Below, in pieces: positions 7,527 to 16,046 of a stretch of 24,000 nt of DNA; the first letter of the stretch is position 1, and the number at the start of each line of letters is the position of its first letter. The DNA is from Candidatus Bathyarchaeota archaeon (lineage in GTDB: Archaea > Thermoproteota > Bathyarchaeia > Bathyarchaeales > WUQV01). Made by a program: the position numbers and the translations under genes. The stretch is from the NCBI GenBank assembly GCA_009889585.1, contig WUQV01000172.1, forward strand, positions 1 through 24,000. Reading direction: 5' to 3'. The notes beneath the pieces were generated by a model. It was given only the letters and a program-made list of their open reading frames with translations, was not told the DNA's origin and did no database searches.

Positions 7527-9995
7527 TTAACGCTCAATCATAATACGAACTTCAGGATGACCTTCAACAACCTTACCCTCGCCTTCCTTTAATGAAATTA
7601 TTAACTCTTGAGATTTACAAGCACCTATTACATCATCCTTTGCTAATGTAATTATATCGATTAGCTCTTCACTAGAGGTATAAACTATTAACCTCCTTAT
7701 CGAAGTATTAAGTGGCATTCTTCTCTCAGCCTTATGCTTTCTCACTTCACTAATCAAAGCCAAGATTAAATCACCATGACGTTCAACTATTTCATTAATA
7801 ATTCCTTCATCAACTATTGGCCATGGAGAAATATGAATACTCTTATAACCCTTATCTTCCGCATACATAACTTGATAAATCTCCTCAGTAATATGTGGCA
7901 TAAATGGTGCTAATAATTGTAATACTTTGTAAATGGCATTATATAATGCAAATTGTGCAGCTCTTCTTTTACCTTCACCATAAATTTCCAACCTATAAAG
8001 TCGATCCTTTACAGCTTCAATATACTTATCGCAAAGGACATGCCATGTGAAATTTCGAACTTCTTCTATCGCTACATTAAATTGACAATTCTCTAACGCA
8101 TCAGTTACCCTCTTTACGACTCGTTCAAGCTTGCTTAATAACCACTTATCCAAAAGCTGAAGTTCAATGCCCTTCTCTAACTTCGAATCGTAATCCATTA
8201 AGTGATAGCTTGCGAATCTAGCTGCGTTCCACAACTTCCTTATGAATCGACGGCCGTATTCAACGTCTGGCCAACGGAATGGGATATCGTAGCCCGTTGC
8301 TCCACCTGCTAAGGCCCATTGCCTCGTTGCATCGGCGCCGTATTTATCGATAACCTCCGGGGCAGCTACATAATTACCCTTAGACTTACTCATCTTCCTA
8401 CCGTCCGAGCCTAACACCATCCCGTTTATCAAGCAGCTCTTATACGGCCTTTCGTTGAAAAGGGCTAGATGATGAACCATTAAGTAATAAGCCCACGTCC
8501 TGATGATGTCGTATCCCGATGGATGTAAATCCGCTGGGAAAAGCTTACGCCAACCTTCTCGATCTGGCCAACCAGCGTGAATAGCGCACGTTAACGATGA
8601 GTCAAACCAAGTGTCTAACACGTCTCTTTCGGGGATGAACTCGAAGTGACCGCACTTCGGGCACTTCTCCACCTTAGGGGGCTCAACCCTAGGGTCTATC
8701 GGGAGCCAATTCGCTTCAGCGATGATGACCTCCTTGCACTTGCCGCAGTACCAAATCGGGATGGGGGTGGCGAAGACCCTTTGCCTTGACACTACCCAAT
8801 CCCAATCTAAAGAACGAGCCCAATCGATTAATCGATGCTTCATATGATCTGGATACCACTTAAGCTCTAAGGCGTTCCTTTCGACTTCATCGGTAAGAGC
8901 CCTCGTCCTCATAAACCATTGCTCCCTTTCTAAGATTTCAATCGGAGTTCCACACCTCCAACAAACGCCTACTTCTTGTTGAATATACTCAACTTTTTTC
9001 AATAATCCCTCGTTCTTTAAATCCTCAATTACAGCCTTTCTTGCTCCTTCTATAGTCATATTTGCATATTTTCCAGCTTCCTCATTTATCTTTCCATCAT
9101 GAGTAATACACATAATAATTGGTAATTGATTTCTCTTAACGACCTTAACATCTGCCTTATCACCATATGTACATATCATTACGACGCCTGTACCAAACTT
9201 CGGATCAACTGATTCTTCAGCTATAATCTCTACCACCCTCTTCACAATAGGCACTATGATTCTTTTTCCAATATATGATCGATATCTTTCATCAAATGGA
9301 TTTACAGATACAGCAACGCACGCTGATATAAGCTCCGGCCTCGTTGTCGCTATTATTAAACTTCCACCTTCCACAAGCTCAAACTCCATATAGTATAAAG
9401 CTCCATCTCTAGATTCATGCTCTACTTCAGCATCTGCAATTGCTGTCTCACATCGTGGACACCAATTAATTGGATGCATTCCTCTATATATGAACCCATT
9501 TTTATAAAGAGTAATGAATGATAATTGAGTTCTCCTCCAATAATTTGGATCCATTGTTTTATATTCTATCATCCAATCCACTGAACAACCTAATCGAATA
9601 ATGGCATTTTTCATTATATCAATATATTTACTTACGAGTTGCTCACAAAGCTTGCGAAACTCTTTCGGATGAACTTCAGCCTTCCTCATACCATAGCGCT
9701 CTTCTACTTCTACTTCAGTTGGAAGACCATGGCAATCCCATCCTTGTGGAAAAAGTACGTTGTAACCTTTCATGCGCTTATACCTAGCTACGACGTCAAA
9801 ATACGTCCAATTTAAAACGTTCCCCATATGGAAGTCTCCAGAGGGATAAGGAGGAGGAGTATCAATAGTAAACGTCGGCTTAGTCGTATCTTCCCAATCA
9901 AAACGATAAATGCCCGTCTCCTCCCATTTACGTTGCCACTTCTCCTCTACTTTGATTATATCGCATTCCTTAGGTAGGACCTTCACGTAAACCAT
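7527..9995 (-). CDS. valS: Valyl-tRNA synthetase
   Basis: This is a class I aaRS, with TIDTPPPYPSGDFHMGN (HIGH-type), PQGWDCHGLPTE and KMSKSKGN. The editing-domain motif ATTRPELISACVAVSVNPFDERY matches the ValRS TTRPET signature. At 822 aa it fits crenarchaeal ValRS. Confidence 0.9.
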   Translation of the reverse strand: MVYVKVLPKECDIIKVEEKWQRKWEETGIYRFDWEDTTKPTFTIDTPPPYPSGDFHMGNVLNWTYFDVVARYKRMKGYNVLFPQGWDCHGLPTEVEVEERYGMRKAEVHPKEFRKLCEQLVSKYIDIMKNAIIRLGCSVDWMIEYKTMDPNYWRRTQLSFITLYKNGFIYRGMHPINWCPRCETAIADAEVEHESRDGALYYMEFELVEGGSLIIATTRPELISACVAVSVNPFDERYRSYIGKRIIVPIVKRVVEIIAEESVDPKFGTGVVMICTYGDKADVKVVKRNQLPIIMCITHDGKINEEAGKYANMTIEGARKAVIEDLKNEGLLKKVEYIQQEVGVCWRCGTPIEILEREQWFMRTRALTDEVERNALELKWYPDHMKHRLIDWARSLDWDWVVSRQRVFATPIPIWYCGKCKEVIIAEANWLPIDPRVEPPKVEKCPKCGHFEFIPERDVLDTWFDSSLTCAIHAGWPDREGWRKLFPADLHPSGYDIIRTWAYYLMVHHLALFNERPYKSCLINGMVLGSDGRKMSKSKGNYVAAPEVIDKYGADATRQWALAGGATGYDIPFRWPDVEYGRRFIRKLWNAARFASYHLMDYDSKLEKGIELQLLDKWLLSKLERVVKRVTDALENCQFNVAIEEVRNFTWHVLCDKYIEAVKDRLYRLEIYGEGKRRAAQFALYNAIYKVLQLLAPFMPHITEEIYQVMYAEDKGYKSIHISPWPIVDEGIINEIVERHGDLILALISEVRKHKAERRMPLNTSIRRLIVYTSSEELIDIITLAKDDVIGACKSQELIISLKEGEGKVVEGHPEVRIMIER

Positions 9996-10043
9996 CTCCT
10001 CTCAACTAGCGGCTATACGCAAATGCACGATAGATAATGCCTT

Positions 10044-10880
10044 TCAGCTTAAAAACCTCTCCAATCCCTCTCGCCTTTTGCGACGGACGTCAAGGGCTTC
10101 GATCTTATCGTTAACGACTATGCTCATCCCATCGAAGGCCGCTATAGTCCTTACGCCCGTCTTTCGTTCGATGATCTTTGCTTCATTCATCGGCTTTCCT
10201 AAGATCATCTTCGTCCCGAAGTGCGTTATAACGGCTGCCTCCGGACAAGATTCGCTCACGATCTTAACAGCGTCGTCCGTCGTCATATGGCCCTTCCAAG
10301 GCCTGCCGGACGGCCTCATGACGCAAAGGATGAGCAACCTAACCCCTCGGTAGTAATTACCGATCCCCTCGAAGTACTCGGTGTCGCTTGTATACGCGAC
10401 ATCGCCAACGCCCTCGCTTTCGATTCTAAAGCCCACGGTGTCGGGATCGGTGTGATGCGCCTCCGTTGCCAAAACGTTCAACCCCTCGACTTGAAATGAA
10501 GAGCCAAGCTCGGCCTTAACGAGGTATTTCGGCGCCGATTGATGGTACTTCGAGATCGAAGGGCCGCAGACCTCATTCCCGACGAGGACGCTTTTAGAGG
10601 CTGCCAATAGCCCTCGCTTCTTCGTCACGCCGTACGTCATCGCCTCGATTAGGACTTCTGCATCATCATAATGGTCCAAGTGGCTATGCGATACCAATAA
10701 GGCGTTTATCTTCCGCGGGTCAAGCCCTTCGGCCAGAGAGTAAACTATGGAGCCAGGGCCTGGGTCTAGGTGAAGGTTTAAGCCTTCGGCGAGGATGCGA
10801 ATCCCCCCTGTTTTACGCTTTTGGGTAACCGTGGCGAACCTTCCGCCGCCAGTCCCGAGGAATACTATCTCTAGCTTCAA
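10044..10880 (-). CDS. Metallo-beta-lactamase-fold hydrolase
   Basis: It has the FLGTGGG N-terminus, the VSHSHLDHYDD (HxHxDH) zinc motif, and downstream His and Asp (EAHHTDPD, YTSDTEY, ITHFG). It lies 48 nt upstream of valS on the same strand. Confidence 0.85.
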   Translation of the reverse strand: MKLEIVFLGTGGGRFATVTQKRKTGGIRILAEGLNLHLDPGPGSIVYSLAEGLDPRKINALLVSHSHLDHYDDAEVLIEAMTYGVTKKRGLLAASKSVLVGNEVCGPSISKYHQSAPKYLVKAELGSSFQVEGLNVLATEAHHTDPDTVGFRIESEGVGDVAYTSDTEYFEGIGNYYRGVRLLILCVMRPSGRPWKGHMTTDDAVKIVSESCPEAAVITHFGTKMILGKPMNEAKIIERKTGVRTIAAFDGMSIVVNDKIEALDVRRKRREGLERFLS

Positions 10881-11030
10881 TGCTGAACAACTTAATAGTT
10901 AATCAACTTAAATTTGTCCTTTTCCGTTAACCGTAACGATTCGCCTCCATACGATCTTCTTCGAAAAACCTTACAACGCTTCAAGAGCGCCTTAGCCATC
11001 CTTTATAAGGCTCGAAGGTACGTGCAGCCT

Positions 11031-11059
11031 GTCAGAAAAACGCTTAGGCATTTTCTGAC
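11031..11059. repeat. Perfect 9-bp inverted repeat (gtcagaaaa / ttttctgac) with an 11-nt loop
   Basis: Seen in the sequence, about 150 nt upstream of the MBL gene start, inside a 620-nt stretch with no convincing ORF. Function is unknown; it could be an operator, an RNA hairpin or chance. Confidence 0.25.
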
Positions 11060-11504
11060 TTCCCCATCACAGCCTTCGGGCCCCCTTTCAGCTATCTCCC
11101 GAGCTTAGCTATGAGCTTGTTCACAGCGAAGGCTCATGAAGCCTTAAAGCTGCATAACCTTAACCTTAGAAACCTACTTAAGCTCCTTCAAGATGCTATG
11201 ATTCGCTTCAGATACGGCGTAGGCCTTGTATGGTCATCTACTATAAGTACCACTTTAAACCTTGGCTTAGCAGCTTAACGTAACCTTTCACTATGAATAG
11301 GACTTTCTAAAACGTCTCTTACTACTTCATAGGACCCATGCTTCAGAACTCCTTAAGCTATAGCTCCATTATCTAATAGGAATAGCTTCTCTATCGGAAT
11401 TCCTTCGATGTCTCACTTACTATTATTAGATACAATCGATTATAGAAATTCTAAACGTACTGTCTAAAAATGTTATGGAGAACCTTCAGCAATATAGGTA
11501 AAAA

Positions 11505-13151
11505 TTAAGATAGTCCGAGCTGTTTAAGTAACTTCTCCTTAACCCCTCTATGAATTATCTTTCCTGAGCCAGTTCTAGGAAGCTCTTCAGCCTTCATGAA
11601 GAACACCTTCTTAGGCTTCTTATAGCTCGTAATTTTGCCAGTACACCAATCTATAACCTCCTTCTCCGTAAGCTTAGAGCTCTCCCCTGTCACTACAACG
11701 GCAGTTACCGCTTCACCCCACTTCTCATCTGGAAGACCTATTACACAAACTTCTACCACGTCAGGACTTTGGGCGATCACTTGCTCCACTTCAGAAGGAA
11801 AGACTTTCTCCCCTCCAGTGATTATCATATTATCCTTTCTATCTACAAGGTAGATGTAGCCCTCTTCATCCCTCATAGCCATATCTCCAGCGCTAAAGTA
11901 GAGCTTATCGTCTATAACCCTGAAGGACTTCTTAGTCTTCTCAGGGTCTTTATAGTAGCCATCAAACATCATAGAACCTCTAGAGTAAAGCTCACCAATC
12001 ATTCTGGGTTCGGTAATAACATTCCCTTCATCATCCAGAAGTTTTATCTCATAAGTACAGAGGGTCTCTCTACCTATTGAGCCCACCTTCCTTAATTGAT
12101 CCTCATGCTTTAGTATAGTCACTATGCCAGCCTCAGTAGAGCCATAGGCCTCTAAAAGCTTAACATGAGGCATCCACTTCAGTATACGCTCTTTAATTGG
12201 ACCTCTCACTGGAGCTGAAGACGTTAAGAGTACTTTAAGGGAGCTTACGTCATACTTCTTCTTAACATCTTCAGGCAAATCTAAGAGGAGCTTATAGTGC
12301 GTAGGTATTAACGAAATGAAGTTTATCTTCTCTCTATTCACTATCTGGAGGAGTTCTTCAGGATCAAATCCTCTATCCCTCCCTATAAACTGAGAGCCTC
12401 CTATGTAAAGCCAGAGGAGGCCATAAAATGTGGAGTTCACATGAAACCAAGGCATTATAGTCATGCCGCACATATTTTCATCGAAGCCATGCTCTATAGC
12501 AAACACCGTATAAACAGCAGAATAGGAGCCATGAGACCTAACGCAGCCTTTAGGTAGGCCAGTGGTTCCGGAGGTGTAAACCTGGATCCAAGGGTCCTTA
12601 GGCTCGACGAGAACCTTAGGCCTCGTAGGTGAAGCGCTAGCTAAGAACGCCTCATAGTCCTCGTAGCCTTCAGGAACTGGCTTGTCAGTCCTTTTAACCA
12701 CTACGTAGCCTTCCTTAATTACGTCCTCAAATTTTGCCTTAACTTGATCAACGATCGGCACAAACTCTTCCTCAACTATGACAACCTTACTATCAGCATG
12801 GTTAACGACATATTGAACCTCGCTTGAGACGAATCTCCAGCTTATAGGAGCTACAACCAAACCCGCCTTAGCTGCAGCACAATAGACATCTGCATATTCT
12901 TCACAATTTAACATCATCGTTGAAAACCTATCGCCCTTTCTCAACCCTAAGCTTAGGAGGGAGTTCGCTAGCCTGTTCACCCTTTCATTAAACTCCCTAT
13001 AGTTAAAGGTCTTACCCCTCCAGTCTTTAACGGCCATCTTGTTAGGATACTTCTTCGCATTAACATCAAGTTGCTCACCAATCGTAAGCCATTCAGTACC
13101 CCTTTCATACCATGAGGGAACGTACTCGGGTATGGACGCTCTTTCGGACAT
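11505..13151 (-). CDS. AMP-forming acyl-CoA synthetase/ligase (adenylate-forming superfamily)
   Basis: It has YTSGTTGLPKG (A3 motif), EAYGSTE, GDMAMRDEEGYIYLVDRKDNMIITGGEKVFP and a C-terminal PRTGSGKI. The substrate cannot be assigned. Confidence 0.9.
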   Translation of the reverse strand: MSERASIPEYVPSWYERGTEWLTIGEQLDVNAKKYPNKMAVKDWRGKTFNYREFNERVNRLANSLLSLGLRKGDRFSTMMLNCEEYADVYCAAAKAGLVVAPISWRFVSSEVQYVVNHADSKVVIVEEEFVPIVDQVKAKFEDVIKEGYVVVKRTDKPVPEGYEDYEAFLASASPTRPKVLVEPKDPWIQVYTSGTTGLPKGCVRSHGSYSAVYTVFAIEHGFDENMCGMTIMPWFHVNSTFYGLLWLYIGGSQFIGRDRGFDPEELLQIVNREKINFISLIPTHYKLLLDLPEDVKKKYDVSSLKVLLTSSAPVRGPIKERILKWMPHVKLLEAYGSTEAGIVTILKHEDQLRKVGSIGRETLCTYEIKLLDDEGNVITEPRMIGELYSRGSMMFDGYYKDPEKTKKSFRVIDDKLYFSAGDMAMRDEEGYIYLVDRKDNMIITGGEKVFPSEVEQVIAQSPDVVEVCVIGLPDEKWGEAVTAVVVTGESSKLTEKEVIDWCTGKITSYKKPKKVFFMKAEELPRTGSGKIIHRGVKEKLLKQLGLS

Positions 13152-13548
13152 TCAGATTTTTATCTATGACGCGACAATTTAAGTTTTTTCGGCTCCTTGG
13201 ATTTCGTTCCCCCTCATGCTTAAGGGTTCCGTTAGACTTTGGTACCGAACTTAGCCACGCATTTTCGGACTTTGAGCCTTAGAAGGGGTCGTATGGAAGT
13301 GGATGCAACGATAGCTTTAAAGGGAGAAGCCTAGGAGGCTTGTAGCCGTTAGTGAGTGTACGTTAAGGCTAACGACAAGCAGCACTAGTCTATGTGGCGT
13401 TAAACATCGGTAGGGGCGAGCCACAGTTATGAAAGGACATATTCTATGAGGAATCCATAAGCATCCGAGCCCTTCTTAACGGAATTCCTAAAGCTATGTG
13501 AGGTGAACTCTAACTTCATAGCGGATAAGGCTCCACGGCTTAAAAACG

Positions 13549-14793
13549 TTAACGGAACTTACGCCTATGAGCCATAACTTCTACAAAACTTTCCACCTTC
13601 ATCTTAATTTGCTCCTCTGAGAAGTAGCGCCAGTCTGTAGCATCTAGCTCTATTATAAGGCCCGGTATGCCGTGGCGATCGCGTAAGTAGTTCTTCATGT
13701 CTATGTTATCCACCGACATGAACCTACAGCCCCAGTTAGTGGGCATTATGAAGCCATCGAGGCTGTATCCTTTAACGAGATCGTCGAATAACCTCATTTT
13801 GAACTCTAACGTTGAGTTAGAGTATATAGTTAACTGCCTTTTAGCTATGCTTTCAAAGGGCTTAGAGGGGTCTAATCTGCCAGCCCAAGTAATGGTGGGA
13901 GTCTCTATCACCACAACTACCCCCAAGCTTTTTAAGTAATCGTAAAAGCCTAAGTTAAACCATGGAGGTAAATTATCCCATGCCACTCTATACTTCTCCT
14001 CAGGTATTACGCCTACTCCTTCCTTCACCTTAGAAGCTACCTCATCCTTGAGCTTGGTATAAAAGTCTACAGCTAGCCGGCTTCCTGGAGCAGCAAGTAT
14101 GAAGAAGACGGCCGACCAAGCGTCCTCAGCCCCCATGGGACATGGTATAGCTTTACGTAACTCCATGATGTCCATCCATAAATCGTTAGCCTTAGCTGAA
14201 GTTTCAAAGGCCTTCTTCAAACTATTCTTATCCAGTTTAGTGTCAAGACATCTTTCCAAGAAATCTATAAGGCGCTCTATTTCAGCTACGTAAAGCTCTA
14301 CGTACACTTCTTCCACTTCCTCCTTAGTAGCTCCAAATACATTATAAGGTACATCTAAGTAGAAGTAAGGGACTTTGAGCATTTTACTTAAGAATTGACT
14401 CCACTTTAAGTGCGTATCACATGATGTTGAAGCGGCTAAGATTAAGCTAGGCCTAGGCATACCGCCTAAAGGGGCTTCTTCAGGCCTTAAGAGGCTCCCT
14501 ATGGTGTTTCTAGCGTAAGAGCAAAGGTCTTTAGAGAAGCCCTTCCTTTCAGCAACTTCACAGCATTTTACGGAGACCTTAAAGGCTCCTTGAATACAAG
14601 CGTATTGTTCAGGCCATATGGGGTATACGTCAAAAGCTTGAGCTATTTCCACGGGAAATGTTGAAAAAACCCAAGCTACAGGTTTACCCTCTTTACTAGC
14701 CTTATGTCCTCCTTCAAAGTAAGGTTTCACGTAATTCTTAAAGAAGCCCTTTGTAATTTCTAAACCTCTAGCACGTGAAGATCTAGCTATCAA
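13549..14793 (-). CDS. 2-hydroxyacyl-CoA dehydratase / benzoyl-CoA reductase B/C-family subunit (HGD-D family)
   Basis: The family-typical N-terminus is KPVAWVFSTFPVEIAQAFDVYPIWPEQY, with conserved Cys contexts (DLCSYARN, STSCDTH). The TTG start lies 4 nt after the stop of the upstream paralogous subunit. Confidence 0.75.
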   Translation of the reverse strand: MIARSSRARGLEITKGFFKNYVKPYFEGGHKASKEGKPVAWVFSTFPVEIAQAFDVYPIWPEQYACIQGAFKVSVKCCEVAERKGFSKDLCSYARNTIGSLLRPEEAPLGGMPRPSLILAASTSCDTHLKWSQFLSKMLKVPYFYLDVPYNVFGATKEEVEEVYVELYVAEIERLIDFLERCLDTKLDKNSLKKAFETSAKANDLWMDIMELRKAIPCPMGAEDAWSAVFFILAAPGSRLAVDFYTKLKDEVASKVKEGVGVIPEEKYRVAWDNLPPWFNLGFYDYLKSLGVVVVIETPTITWAGRLDPSKPFESIAKRQLTIYSNSTLEFKMRLFDDLVKGYSLDGFIMPTNWGCRFMSVDNIDMKNYLRDRHGIPGLIIELDATDWRYFSEEQIKMKVESFVEVMAHRRKFR

Positions 14794-14797
14794 GCTT

Positions 14798-15910
14798 TCA
14801 CCTTAAGGATTCTATGAAGGCCTCCACTCTAGTCTTAAGAGGAGCCCACCATGCCTCTACATGGCTCCACTCTATTAAGGTCGCAGGTATCCCTATGTCC
14901 TTAAGCTCCTCCATAAGCATAGGGGCATCGAAAAGATATGTATCACAAAACTTTACGCAATATAAAATAACCCCTTCTACATGGTAACGTTTAATAAGCT
15001 CCTTGAGGTAAGCAAACCTTTCTTCACCATGTTGAGTGAAAGCACATGGAACCTTGTTAAGGTACCTCTCAGCTATAGCCTCTAGTGGAGGGGATGAGGT
15101 TTTAACTAAGCCCTCGAAGTACCTAGTCCCCGTACAAGTATCATCAACTACCACTATGCCTCCAGAGTCTTCAACCATACTTATGAGCTTAGCTTCATTA
15201 TCTATTATGCTGCATGAGACTAAGACTCTAGGTCTATCTTTAAACTCACTCCTAAGCTTAGGAGGTTCCTTCACTAGCTCCCTTAAGCTTTTTAAAACCT
15301 CCTCCTTAGGATACGTAATAGAGTAAGCCAATATGTAGAAAGCCTCTACGCCTGTTAAAAGAGGCGGGTCTTCAGTCCTTAATTCATAAAGCTTACTTAA
15401 AAGTAAGCGTTCCTCGTTTAATAAGTTTATAGCCTTCCTCAACTCATCTTCAGGCACTTCAACCTTCAAGAATGTTTCCAAACTCTTCTTAAGCTTCTTC
15501 ACTTCATAAAGGTATCGTTTGAAGGCATTAGAAGTCTTAGAGTGTGGTGTATTGAAGAAGTGAAGATAGGAGTAACTTAAATGAAGCTTCCATCTGTCGA
15601 AACACCTACCCATATTGTCACAGCTATTAGAGAAAATCACTCCATCAAGGTAATCATAATCGCCCTTAAGTGAAGCCTCTAAAATACTCCTCATAGTTGA
15701 ACATATATTGACAGGTAAGTAGGAGTCAGCTCTAGGCGTACCTCCTAATGATCCGCTCACTTTAACTGGCATAGCGCCTGAAGCTATTAATAATTCCTCA
15801 GGTATATATGTACAAGTTAAGCCCATTAGGAGTTTACCTTCAGCCTTAAGCTTCCTACCCTTCTCATGCCTCTTAACGAAGGATTCTTTAAAGAATAAGG
15901 GTTCAACCAT
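14798..15910 (-). CDS. 2-hydroxyacyl-CoA dehydratase / benzoyl-CoA reductase B/C-family subunit (HGD-D family)
   Basis: It has LMGLTCTYIPEELLIASGAMPV, NICSTMRS, SNSCDNM, VVDDTCTG and EGVILYCVKFCDTYLFD, the usual Cys-containing segments of HgdA/B-, FldB/C- and BcrB/C-type proteins. Confidence 0.8.
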   Translation of the reverse strand: MVEPLFFKESFVKRHEKGRKLKAEGKLLMGLTCTYIPEELLIASGAMPVKVSGSLGGTPRADSYLPVNICSTMRSILEASLKGDYDYLDGVIFSNSCDNMGRCFDRWKLHLSYSYLHFFNTPHSKTSNAFKRYLYEVKKLKKSLETFLKVEVPEDELRKAINLLNEERLLLSKLYELRTEDPPLLTGVEAFYILAYSITYPKEEVLKSLRELVKEPPKLRSEFKDRPRVLVSCSIIDNEAKLISMVEDSGGIVVVDDTCTGTRYFEGLVKTSSPPLEAIAERYLNKVPCAFTQHGEERFAYLKELIKRYHVEGVILYCVKFCDTYLFDAPMLMEELKDIGIPATLIEWSHVEAWWAPLKTRVEAFIESLR

Positions 15911-16046
15911 ATTAGCCCCCTCGATAGAAGGACGTACTAATGGATTTAAGCTTTATCAGCTTTTTGGAAAACGCTAAACGCCATTTTATCCTTTAGCGTT
16001 TTCCGCGGTCTAAAAATAAATAAACAAGGCATTTTCATTCGCGCAC

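Noticed and set aside
9800-9850. The ValRS HIGH signature reads FHMGN, with Asn instead of the final His.
   Set aside because: The rest of the enzyme (KMSKS, TTRPE editing motif, full length) is intact, and Asn at this position occurs in other class I synthetases. I do not treat it as a sign of pseudogenisation.
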